A stretch of 64,000 nucleotides of DNA from assembly GCA_965662895.1 (NCBI GenBank), contig CBFIJH010000001.1, positions 96,001 to 160,000 on the forward strand, read 5' to 3'. This stretch comes from Candidatus Poseidoniaceae archaeon. Lineage in GTDB: Archaea; Thermoplasmatota; Poseidoniia; Poseidoniales; Poseidoniaceae. The translations under genes and the position numbers were made by a program. The notes below the pieces were generated by a model. That model did not search any database, had not been told where the DNA came from, and was given only the letters and a program-made list of their open reading frames with translations. Positions 27,383 through 36,341 of this stretch are shown here, piece after piece (position 1 is the stretch's first letter; each line of letters begins with the position of its first letter).

Positions 27383-28357
27383 TTTCTCTCGCATCCATTC
27401 TTCGATCAACATATCTCGATGTGAATTTTTCGACTCATATGCGTGTTGTAATTTATCGGTAATGTGAAACGTGAAATCAGTGTCAATTTTGGAGTGTACA
27501 TCAATTAACAACTCTGAGTGAATCTTGCCGAGCGTTGCATCGAATTTAGCTTGCACAAGTAGAGTAGGGCAGACAGGTAACCCCCAGTTTGGTGTTGCAA
27601 GGTCTCCTACGTCATTTACCTGAAAAACTGGTGGATTGAGTTTGTTGTAGTATCGCAGCAAGCGATGCATCATGGCATGATGCAAGAATGAAGGAATCTT
27701 GAGATATTCACAGGTCTGGTTGTTGATGTACTCATATGAAGTGACTGGAGATTCCAAAATCATCCCTCGAGCGTTTTTTGAGGTCTCCAACTCAGGTCGT
27801 AGCACTCTTTGGGCTACAAAACCACCTAAACTGTGTCCATGAAGAATGAAACCATTGTCCAACCAACCACGATCGTTGAAAACTTTGAGAACCTCTTCTA
27901 AATCATGACAGACATGCAATGCTGCCCAATTCGAAACACGTTTGTTACCACCATGGGCTCTCATTTCAAACAAAATACAATTGTAACCCAATCGTTCATA
28001 CAGTTCACTTCGACCTGTCATATTTGCTGCACGTGAGTTCCATCCATGGATAAGAATGACAAGCGGCTTAGTTGCATCGAACGATTTCATCAGCCATCGT
28101 ACTGGGTACCTCATGACAACATGTTCTTCCCACTCCCATCCTTCTGGCGATGGTTGGTCGCTTCTATGTACAGGGAGCCGTAACATGAAGCCAAGACATA
28201 ACGCCAACCACAGATCAAGAACGATGAATGATAGGAGGTAGACTAGTAACTGCGTTCTATCGAGATAGGAACAAGCTAAAACAACGACGAACCAAAAGGA
28301 AAGGTGCCATACGAAAGCAGAGTGGCGATGTTTCAGCATGGTATCAAGAAGACTCAT
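27365..28357 (-). CDS. Membrane-anchored alpha/beta hydrolase
   Basis: Two N-terminal TM helices, LIHGW, RAHGG, GHSLGG nucleophile elbow, D and H candidates. Confidence 0.82.
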   Translation of the reverse strand: MSLLDTMLKHRHSAFVWHLSFWFVVVLACSYLDRTQLLVYLLSFIVLDLWLALCLGFMLRLPVHRSDQPSPEGWEWEEHVVMRYPVRWLMKSFDATKPLVILIHGWNSRAANMTGRSELYERLGYNCILFEMRAHGGNKRVSNWAALHVCHDLEEVLKVFNDRGWLDNGFILHGHSLGGFVAQRVLRPELETSKNARGMILESPVTSYEYINNQTCEYLKIPSFLHHAMMHRLLRYYNKLNPPVFQVNDVGDLATPNWGLPVCPTLLVQAKFDATLGKIHSELLIDVHSKIDTDFTFHITDKLQHAYESKNSHRDMLIEEWMREKSLFFS

Positions 28358-29250
28358 TCATCTTTTTTTGATGCTGAAGAATCCGAATCAGTCTGTTCAC
28401 TTGAGTCCTCACTTTCATCATCGGCAGCATCCGATTCTTCTTGTGATTTTGCTAATTTTTCTTCTTTTGCCTTTGCCCTTTCTTCAACACGCTTCGCATA
28501 TTTTTCTCCAAATTGGCTCATACTTTCGAGTCTGGCGCGGAAGCCAGAGGTTGCTTTTTCCTCTGGGATGTAACGAACCAGATAGCTAGCAAATATCAGA
28601 TCGACGAGACCTTGGTTCAAATCGCTGTTGCGAGTAAATTGCCAGTTGACAATCCATAAAATCATGAAGACCACTCCAAGGGATGTCATGACAATCGGCG
28701 CTGTACCCCCATCAGAGAGTTGTCCTGCTTGCGTAAAAATCATTAAGAGGCCAATGAGGAAAAGCAGGCCCAGGTTATTTACGAACAAACCATGAATGAA
28801 AATTGGCTTTGAACCATCTCCACGGACATAACGAGTGGACGATGTGTATTGGCCAAGGTTGCGACCCGTATACATTGGAAGGAAAATGGCATTGAAAAAG
28901 AGTGTAAGTATGGCAACAATAAACAAAATGGTTGTCTCCAGACCTCCGCTTTGTCCCCCAGTAAAGGCGGACATGAATAATGCGGTTATCAGGATGGAAA
29001 AGTTTGCGAGGAAATTCACCCACCAGCTGATGACACGACTGAGTTTAGGTGCGATCTCAAATTCAGATGACAATCCTTCAGGACGAGGTTTTTTTGTCCG
29101 CGCTTTTTTGGGTTTCTTTTCCTTCTTGGGTTTGGCCGGTGCAGATTTGGGTTCTTTCACAGGCTTGGCCTTTGCAACTTTCTGGGCCTTTTGGGCAACT
29201 TTCTTCGAAGCGCCTTTTTCATTTGATTCAACTTTATCGAGTAGTCCCAT
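28354..29250 (-). CDS. RDD-like membrane protein with Lys-rich N-terminus
   Basis: R..SWWVNF, GRNLGQ, QGLVDLIFASYLV resemble degenerate RDD motifs; four TM segments. Confidence 0.55.
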   Translation of the reverse strand: MGLLDKVESNEKGASKKVAQKAQKVAKAKPVKEPKSAPAKPKKEKKPKKARTKKPRPEGLSSEFEIAPKLSRVISWWVNFLANFSILITALFMSAFTGGQSGGLETTILFIVAILTLFFNAIFLPMYTGRNLGQYTSSTRYVRGDGSKPIFIHGLFVNNLGLLFLIGLLMIFTQAGQLSDGGTAPIVMTSLGVVFMILWIVNWQFTRNSDLNQGLVDLIFASYLVRYIPEEKATSGFRARLESMSQFGEKYAKRVEERAKAKEEKLAKSQEESDAADDESEDSSEQTDSDSSASKKDE

Positions 29251-29263
29251 ATTCTCGCCTCAT

Positions 29264-30259
29264 TCACGTGTACATTTCAGAAATTTGCTTGTAGATTGTA
29301 AAGTTCTCTGATTCTACAAACGATTGGATGGAAGCATCAGGCATGTTTCCAAGTTGTTCATCGATAATCTGGAAGAAAATACCACGTTGTTCATCATCAA
29401 TAGCACGAGGATCTTCACCCACCTGTTTGAACAATTCGAAGCCATCGGACGCAAGGAACGTTTGAATGGCATCTTCTGGAAGTTCATCACCCAATAAATC
29501 GTTAACAATTTCAAAGAATTGAGAAAACAAGGCATCTGCTTCGTCGTCGCTTTCACTTGCTTCGGCTTCCATTGGCTCATCATCGGATTCGTCGCTTGAA
29601 GGGGGTGTTGATACGGGCTCGCTCATAAGTGAACGACGTTCTTGCATCAATTTTTCAAGTTGAGGAACAATCATTCGCAATGTTTCCTTGTCGCCATCGG
29701 CTTTCGCCTCTTTGTATTGCGGTTTTAATTCTCGAATTAAATTCTCAACTTCCGTGAGGCGGTCAGTCTCTTCGACTTCAGCATCGAGCAACTCAACAGA
29801 GGGAGCACTTCGAGCAGCATTGAGAGCGTCTTCACGTTCTTTTTTCCTCAAAACGATGATGTCCCGATCAAGTTCATGCCCAAATCGATCTGCGTATCTG
29901 TCGAGAAGTGAACCGGACTCTCCAGAACCGATACGGTCAATTGCCCCATAGATTTGCGGCAGTGGTTTTGCTGAACGTTTCGCCCACAGCTCACCGTATT
30001 CGTTTGTCTCTTCAGTGGATTCAGGTAAAGCCGATGTTTGAGAGACTGGTGATGGAACTGTAGGGAGCGGTGCTGGAGCGGGAGATGGGGGCAACGCAGG
30101 TTGTGCTGTAGGGTCGGGCGTGGATGCGGCTGGAACCGGTGGAAGCGCTCCATCGGGCAAAGGAGGGAGGGGAGCCTCTGGGAGTGGTGGCATGTTCGGA
30201 AGTGGAGGCAATGGAGATGGTGGTGCTTGTCCGGATTTATTCTTTTTCCGACGTCGCAT
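29264..30259 (-). CDS. Hypothetical protein: Pro-rich N-terminus, coiled coil, duplicated C-terminal helical module
   Basis: GAGGTGA SD; PPLP repeats; two similar ~35-aa C-terminal units. Confidence 0.7.
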   Translation of the reverse strand: MRRRKKNKSGQAPPSPLPPLPNMPPLPEAPLPPLPDGALPPVPAASTPDPTAQPALPPSPAPAPLPTVPSPVSQTSALPESTEETNEYGELWAKRSAKPLPQIYGAIDRIGSGESGSLLDRYADRFGHELDRDIIVLRKKEREDALNAARSAPSVELLDAEVEETDRLTEVENLIRELKPQYKEAKADGDKETLRMIVPQLEKLMQERRSLMSEPVSTPPSSDESDDEPMEAEASESDDEADALFSQFFEIVNDLLGDELPEDAIQTFLASDGFELFKQVGEDPRAIDDEQRGIFFQIIDEQLGNMPDASIQSFVESENFTIYKQISEMYT

Positions 30260-30343
30260 ATGCTCACCTCTATTCTGACTGGATGCTATTCTACCCTTGA
30301 ACCTTACCACAATTAGAACAAGAAATTGCGAATCCTTGGATGG

Positions 30344-31549
30344 TCAGGGTTGAACTATACTCGCCCATCCTTTGAGACTAAGAAACGTTGCAGATGACTC
30401 AGAGACGTGCAATCGATCACCTTTTGCAACATCGTGTTGATCTTCGCCAAACCTCAAAACGGCATCATCCACAGTTATTTCTACGTCAATCGATTTGTCT
30501 TTCCCAAATACAAACGCTTCACTCAATGCATCAAATGGATTAGGCCCCTCAGGGTCAAGTCTCTCTAGAGGAAATTCTGTAACACGCATGCCTGTCTTTC
30601 CGTGCAACGACGTTGGCCAACGTATTTGCCTCCGAACATCGATTGTAACAACTTCATCTGTTTCCCCTGCAGCACCAAGAACAATGGATGAATCCGATTT
30701 CACGAGATTCAAAAAAAGGGCTTGATGGGCTCCCAATCGAGAGATTTGACCGTTGATAACGGCATTTCGTCGCTCAGTGTGGAGAAACATATCTGCCAGT
30801 TTCCGTATACTTGCCGGACCTTTGCCGGGTTTCCCTTCGCGCTGGAGATGGTCTTTCAATCCAAGATGGAGTTGTTTCATCTCTTTCGATGCGTTTTCAT
30901 CATTCTCTGCGATTCGAACAAGTTTATCGATAAGCAACGGGACTTGTTGCCGAATTCGTTTTGTCCACCCATTTGCACTCGCATCATGGAAGCGTGTTAA
31001 TCCACCTTGAACATCAACGCCTTCTCCACGAATGAATGAGACAAGTTCCCGCCGAGCCTCAGAATCGAGATGAAACAATGATGGATCTCGATAGTGAAGG
31101 TGGAATCCACGATGACCGGAGAAGGTCACCTGCAAGAATGATTCATCAAATCCAAATTCAGGTTCCAAAAAATCGTTCCATAATGCGTGCGCCTGGTCGC
31201 GAATAACATCCAACATCGCAGGAAAATCACGGTCTGTAACGCCCGGTAGGTGATCACCATCCAAATCAAAGATTAAGTCAGCACCATGCCAAATCTTGTC
31301 GTTCATTTTGAGTTCGTATGGTTTCTGCCAATAAGCAGTTGAGTAGAAGCATGAATGCATGGCACGATCCGATAAGAAGTGACGAAGTTCTTGCTCGTTT
31401 CGAAACGATTTATGTCGAAGAGGAGGACTTCCTCCAAACGGAATAAACATCCATTCTCTCTTGGGCATTCGTGGTGGACGCCAAAATTTAGATGTTCGGT
31501 AATATTGACCGAACCGGTGTGCAAATCGTGCCCATCCGGTTGAAGCCAT
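30344..31549 (-). CDS. priS: DNA primase catalytic small subunit
   Basis: REW, FYSTAYW, ADLIFDLDGD, FSGHRGFH, DEVVTIDVRRQIRWPTSLHGKTG. Confidence 0.93.
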   Translation of the reverse strand: MASTGWARFAHRFGQYYRTSKFWRPPRMPKREWMFIPFGGSPPLRHKSFRNEQELRHFLSDRAMHSCFYSTAYWQKPYELKMNDKIWHGADLIFDLDGDHLPGVTDRDFPAMLDVIRDQAHALWNDFLEPEFGFDESFLQVTFSGHRGFHLHYRDPSLFHLDSEARRELVSFIRGEGVDVQGGLTRFHDASANGWTKRIRQQVPLLIDKLVRIAENDENASKEMKQLHLGLKDHLQREGKPGKGPASIRKLADMFLHTERRNAVINGQISRLGAHQALFLNLVKSDSSIVLGAAGETDEVVTIDVRRQIRWPTSLHGKTGMRVTEFPLERLDPEGPNPFDALSEAFVFGKDKSIDVEITVDDAVLRFGEDQHDVAKGDRLHVSESSATFLSLKGWASIVQP

Positions 31550-31585
31550 ACCAAACCGTAGTGGTGACAGTTTTTGAACGAAACC

Positions 31586-31795
31586 CTAGTCTTTCTTCAT
31601 GTAGAATTTTTGTTCGGTTTCTCCGACAACTGTTACAGTGTCAGCACCTGTTTGTTCAACGTAGTGATCCCAACAATAGTAATGCTGATTGTGGACCATT
31701 GCCGCACCAAATGTAAGCCGTGTGCCACAATCATGACAACGCGGACCAATTTCACCATTAGGGGCTTGTGCGAGTTGTACGTGCTCATGTGGCAT
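31586..31795 (-). CDS. Small Zn-finger protein (C-x2-C-x17-C-x2-H)
   Basis: RCHDCGTRL...YYCWDHY; AGGTGA SD upstream of ATG 31795. Confidence 0.7.
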   Translation of the reverse strand: MPHEHVQLAQAPNGEIGPRCHDCGTRLTFGAAMVHNQHYYCWDHYVEQTGADTVTVVGETEQKFYMKKD

Positions 31796-31852
31796 TATCT
31801 CACCTGATTGCTGCAAGAAGTCTCGGTTCTAAAATGTCGTGATGGATTCTGT

Positions 31853-32332
31853 TCATGCCGACACGGTACTGTTGCTGACCCATTCAAGCAAATCCAGTGC
31901 TACCTCGCACGATTCACGGACTTCAACATTGTCATCTGTAAGGTATTTTTCCAAAACTGGCACGGCATCTCTGTTGCCTATGGCACCAAGTGCTTCTGCA
32001 GCCTCGTGACGTACCATAACGTGTTCTGATGAATCGGAAAGAATCTCGATGAGCGTAGGTAATGCTTCGTCCATTTGCATCTGGCCTAAGACGTAGGCCA
32101 GTTCATGCCGCAAAAGAGCGCTCTTTGATTCAAATGCTTCGCATAGTACAAGACAGGACTCCTCATTCCGTATATTTCGCAACTTGAAAACTGCTCTCAT
32201 GCGTTCGAACATTTTCTCTTCCTCATTATGAAGCGTAGCCCGTAGATTTTCAATTTCCACAGTTTCAAAAGGTGGGGCGGGGTCGACGGAACCATATTCA
32301 CTGGTTTCTGGTCGCTGCTCCACCGTTTTCAC
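31853..32332 (-). CDS. HEAT-repeat protein, half-size deoxyhypusine hydroxylase (DOHH)-like
   Basis: YGSVDPAPP, FERMRAVFKLRN, SALLRHELAYVLGQMQ, MVRHEAAEALGAIG, VRESCEVALD. The alternative GTG start at 32323 is also possible. Confidence 0.82.
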   Translation of the reverse strand: MKTVEQRPETSEYGSVDPAPPFETVEIENLRATLHNEEEKMFERMRAVFKLRNIRNEESCLVLCEAFESKSALLRHELAYVLGQMQMDEALPTLIEILSDSSEHVMVRHEAAEALGAIGNRDAVPVLEKYLTDDNVEVRESCEVALDLLEWVSNSTVSA

Positions 32333-33210
32333 TCCTGTGCACCAATGAAGACTAAATTGCTCACATCAAAATCCTCACGAATCAATCCGAGTTCCTGACC
32401 TTCTTTGAGGAATTGCCGTATCGATTCTCTGCCCTCTGGTTTGTAATCGATGGTTCGGTCGTTAACGTACATTGTAACGAATTTTTGATTGGTTTCATCA
32501 TCAATACCCCTACCCCATGCTTTGGCAAACTCAAGGGCATCATCAGGATGCTCGATCGAGTGTTCAATGCTCATTTTGGTATACATGGTGATGTCTTCCA
32601 TGATGGTTTGTCCAAGATCTCTTCTCACCACATTTCCACCCAATGGCATTGGTAGACCATCGGTTTTCTGGTTCCACCAAACACCAAGATCAATCAGGAC
32701 GTTCAGATCGTGCTCGACATAGGTGAGTTGCCCTTCATGGATGATAAGCCCGCATTGGTATGTATCGTCGAGAATACGTGGAATAATCTCATCGAATGGG
32801 ACGACTTCAACATTCACATCACCCCACGCCAATCGTAAACCAAGGTAGGCAGAAGTTTTCATACCAGGAACAGCAATTGTCGAAGATTTTGCTTCGTCAA
32901 GGGTGAGGCCAGACTTTGCGACAATCATCGGGCCGTAACCTTCACCCATGGATGCCCCGCAATTCATCAGCGCGTAATTGTGTGCAATCTCGGGATAGGC
33001 GTGAATTGAAACAGCTGAAACCTCGAGTTCCTGATTCATTGCTCGATGATTGAGTGTTTCAATGTCTTGTAATTCATGGACGAACTTGTATCCCGGCGTT
33101 GGAAAAGCATTGGTTGTCATAGCGTGAAACATGAATGCATCATCAGGGTCAGGTGAATGCCCGATTCGAACAATGAGGTTGCCATCTTCATCTCGGGGGA
33201 GTTGCGTCAT
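32329..33210 (-). CDS. mqnD: 1,4-dihydroxy-6-naphthoate synthase (futalosine pathway)
   Basis: GHSPDPDDAFMF, DIETLN, GASMGEGYGP, IIHEGQLTY, DLGVWW, LPMPLG, MYVN. Confidence 0.88.
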   Translation of the reverse strand: MTQLPRDEDGNLIVRIGHSPDPDDAFMFHAMTTNAFPTPGYKFVHELQDIETLNHRAMNQELEVSAVSIHAYPEIAHNYALMNCGASMGEGYGPMIVAKSGLTLDEAKSSTIAVPGMKTSAYLGLRLAWGDVNVEVVPFDEIIPRILDDTYQCGLIIHEGQLTYVEHDLNVLIDLGVWWNQKTDGLPMPLGGNVVRRDLGQTIMEDITMYTKMSIEHSIEHPDDALEFAKAWGRGIDDETNQKFVTMYVNDRTIDYKPEGRESIRQFLKEGQELGLIREDFDVSNLVFIGAQE

Positions 33211-33231
33211 ACAACAACCAAGTGCATTCCC

Positions 33232-33239
33232 TTCAAGAA
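33232..33239 (-). promoter_or_regulatory. Putative promoter box TTCTTGAA at -29..-22 from mqnD ATG
   Basis: Fixed-spacing octamer. Confidence 0.55.
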
Positions 33240-33316
33240 CCAACCGCATCATTTTGAAAACAAAATTTAGTTATTAGGAACGGATTGTTTATGTATTTCT
33301 TGAAATAGTTTCGAAC

Positions 33317-35542
33317 ATGGAAACAAGGCCGGGGCTAAGAAGCAGTCTCTTTGTCCTTGCCATCACATTCACACTGCTCAGCCTGACTTCTGCGGCGGCT
33401 CAGGAGAATCTGTTCTTTGTTGACTCTGTTGAGATACCGGATTCCGAGCCCGGAAAACGGACCATTGAAATGGACCAAACTGGGGCTTTTTATGCATCCC
33501 AAGGGAAAACAATTTACAAACTGTCTCCAAATCTAACGATTCTTGAACAACGATCCCTAGCAAACGAAATTCTCTCAACATCGATTTCACCTGATTCCTC
33601 AAAACTTGCCGTCACCCTACGTTCACCTGTTCAAGGTATTGATTCTGTCTTTGTTTTATCGACTGGAGACTTGAGCACCCTTGCTTCTAGCGACCTTACA
33701 GAATCCAATGCATACCTCCTCCAATGGTCACCAAATGGAGCAAAGTTGTTGACCAACGCCCCAGAAAATGGAATTATCGAGTTGAATCGTGATAACCTGG
33801 AGCAGGAACAACTCTACACAGGCAACCATACAGATGACGTTGTATGCCTCGATGTCTCAAAAGAGAGTGGCTCCATTCTCAGTGTCGACGTTCAGGGGAA
33901 CGTTCATTTGTGGAACAATCCGGGTGGAGAAATTTATTATGATGCTGTCACAGATTCAGAGGTTCTTGATTGCAAAATCGAACCAAATGATCAATACTTT
34001 GCTGTTTCAACAAAAGAAAACGGCATTCGGAGGTGGACTTTTTCCGGAACGGAACTCAAACCAATCGACTTCAACAATGCTCTCGATTTTGAATTTGGAC
34101 AAAAACCGAATACACTCGTCATTCATACAAAAACATCACATAATCGATTGGTTCAGTATGATATCGTAAATGATGAAATGCTCGATCAAATTACAATATT
34201 CCACGAGTTTGATGATTTTGTTGTTGTCAACTCTGACACGAACTCAATCAAATCGGTCGTGTTCGATTCGAACGTTGATTACATCGTCAAATATGGAAAC
34301 GAAGTTCAACGGCCAGGTACAGGCGTCTCTGGCATCGACACAGACGGCGACGGCATTCCTGACTCACTTGACGAAGATATTGATGGAGATGGAATAGAAA
34401 ATAGTTGGGACTTAAATTGTATTGATATTGGAATTGAGTGTGAGTACCTTCCTGATGAAGATTTCATGCGTACAATTGATTTGTACGTCAATGAAACACA
34501 TCTCAACATGCGACAAACGTTTACGTTGAATAAGCAATTCTCTTCGAGCATACGGGACCTAGCTCGGTTCTCTCTGAATGATGATATCCGACTCACATCT
34601 GATGAAACACAACACTTTGCTGATTCCATTTGTGAAAACATTAACACAAATGATGCAAGCATATTCTTGTTATCGCAACTCGCCCTTGAAAATGCATCAC
34701 TTCGTTTTGATGAAGCATATTGTACGATTGACGATGGGATGACACTCACACCTGCGGAAGACCGCGTGTCACACATTCGATACACAATCCATTATCGATA
34801 TGCATTCGAGGGCTTGCAGTCAATTGATGCCGTATCTGTTGATATCATGAACCATCGGTTTCCAAGTTCTGGCAGCATAACCGAACTCAGTGAACAACAT
34901 CCAATCCTGATTCAAATCGGAGGAGAGTCCATCGTTTCAGAAAAATATTCACCTTGGCATGTACAAGAGGAGATAATCACCTTCAAACTTCAATCAACTC
35001 AAGAAGATGAAACTATCATTTCTCCTGAGAATCTATTCAATTCGCCGATTACGTACGTTGTTCTCCTCATGGGAATAATCGTTATTGGTGTTGTAACACA
35101 ACGTTTGTATGATCAGATGACCAAATCAGGTTATGACATCGAATTGGATGATGAGGAAGATGACGCACTCAATGAGGAAATCGAAAACATCTACGAAGAA
35201 GTCTATGAGGATGAATGGGAAGATGATATTACCAGTAAACCTGGTGAAATAAAGGCCGGGAAACGCGTAGTTACGGCTCCAAGCAAGCAAGTTGCAGTTC
35301 GAAAGAAGAAAAAGGCGGATGCCCAAAGAATACTCGAAGAGTCATCAAATGAAGTTGTACGCAAAAGGAAGGCTCGCAAACCTTCACCTGATGCGATAAA
35401 AACCAAGCGTCGGAAATTAAGTGACACATCTACTCGGGACGCACAGCCAAGAAAACGTCGTTCAGTTAAGCGAGCTGTTCAAGTCGAGGATGAAAAAGAT
35501 GAAACCGTGAAACGGTTCGTATCAGAGTCACCAAAGGAATGA
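33317..35542 (+). CDS. Secreted/surface beta-propeller (WD40-like) protein with DxDxDG Ca-binding repeat, C-terminal TM anchor and charged cytoplasmic tail
   Basis: Signal peptide; SPDSSKLA, WSPNGAKL, HTDDVVCLD..VHLWN, IRRW; DTDGDGIPDSLDEDIDGDGIENSWD; TM YVVLLMGIIVIGVV. Confidence 0.75.
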   Translation: METRPGLRSSLFVLAITFTLLSLTSAAAQENLFFVDSVEIPDSEPGKRTIEMDQTGAFYASQGKTIYKLSPNLTILEQRSLANEILSTSISPDSSKLAVTLRSPVQGIDSVFVLSTGDLSTLASSDLTESNAYLLQWSPNGAKLLTNAPENGIIELNRDNLEQEQLYTGNHTDDVVCLDVSKESGSILSVDVQGNVHLWNNPGGEIYYDAVTDSEVLDCKIEPNDQYFAVSTKENGIRRWTFSGTELKPIDFNNALDFEFGQKPNTLVIHTKTSHNRLVQYDIVNDEMLDQITIFHEFDDFVVVNSDTNSIKSVVFDSNVDYIVKYGNEVQRPGTGVSGIDTDGDGIPDSLDEDIDGDGIENSWDLNCIDIGIECEYLPDEDFMRTIDLYVNETHLNMRQTFTLNKQFSSSIRDLARFSLNDDIRLTSDETQHFADSICENINTNDASIFLLSQLALENASLRFDEAYCTIDDGMTLTPAEDRVSHIRYTIHYRYAFEGLQSIDAVSVDIMNHRFPSSGSITELSEQHPILIQIGGESIVSEKYSPWHVQEEIITFKLQSTQEDETIISPENLFNSPITYVVLLMGIIVIGVVTQRLYDQMTKSGYDIELDDEEDDALNEEIENIYEEVYEDEWEDDITSKPGEIKAGKRVVTAPSKQVAVRKKKKADAQRILEESSNEVVRKRKARKPSPDAIKTKRRKLSDTSTRDAQPRKRRSVKRAVQVEDEKDETVKRFVSESPKE

Positions 35543-36340
35543 GATGTGATCCTTCATACCGCAGCATCGTGTGAGAAATTCCTGTAATCCTTTAACATGT
35601 TCATCATCCAGACGGTTAAAGACTTCACCAAAGTATTTGTTCAATCGGGTTAAGGACATGTCAGAATGAAGGTGCGCATGGAGAAGTACTTTTTCACGAG
35701 TTAATGAATCTGATTCAAAGGAATTTAATCTTTCCAGTAATGCGGTGTGTGCGGCTTTGACAGCATCAATTGGGGTGTCCTTACGAGCGGCGAATACACC
35801 GAATACCATTGGTTGACCTGTAAGGTCCAACCATGCTTGACCGAGGTCTAAACGAACCAGTTCAGGATTCGATTTTGCTCGATCGAGAGCCCTGTCACCA
35901 ATAAGGAGAGCACCATCACATCGTTCGAGCATGGAATCCAAATCCGGACCCATTTCAACCGGCCGAGGATCGATTCCACGCTCTCTGAAAAGATATTTCA
36001 GGAGGGCAACCGAAGATGAAGAGTCTGTGGGTAAGGCAATGTCGCGCATTTCTTCCAAAGGGCGGCTCCCAAATACAAGGACACTTCCGACTTCTCCCTT
36101 TGAACAGATACCAATTTCTGGTACGAGCGCTAGTTCATCGCTATGTTTTGCATAATCCGCAGCAGGAATAGGTGCGAGAACACAGTCCCTGCGCAAGAGA
36201 TGTCCTGTCAGCCACGATGGGGGAGCGGGTAAGACATTGAAGGATTCATCAAGGCCTACAAACAATGGATCACAATTCATGAAGGCGACGCGGCCGATTG
36301 TTTTCATCCAGAGGGGGGAATTTGTCAACACATCGATCAT
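35528..36340 (-). CDS. mqnA: Chorismate dehydratase (futalosine pathway)
   Basis: IGRVAFMNCDPL, GEVGSV, SSSSVALL, LLIGDRAL, DLGQAWLDLTGQPMVFGV. Confidence 0.88.
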   Translation of the reverse strand: MIDVLTNSPLWMKTIGRVAFMNCDPLFVGLDESFNVLPAPPSWLTGHLLRRDCVLAPIPAADYAKHSDELALVPEIGICSKGEVGSVLVFGSRPLEEMRDIALPTDSSSSVALLKYLFRERGIDPRPVEMGPDLDSMLERCDGALLIGDRALDRAKSNPELVRLDLGQAWLDLTGQPMVFGVFAARKDTPIDAVKAAHTALLERLNSFESDSLTREKVLLHAHLHSDMSLTRLNKYFGEVFNRLDDEHVKGLQEFLTRCCGMKDHISFLW

Positions 36341-36341
36341 C

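Noticed and set aside
31853-32332. Generic PBS-lyase HEAT-repeat annotation
   Set aside because: It does not explain the two HE motifs at DOHH spacing or the SVDPAPP and RESCEVALD signatures
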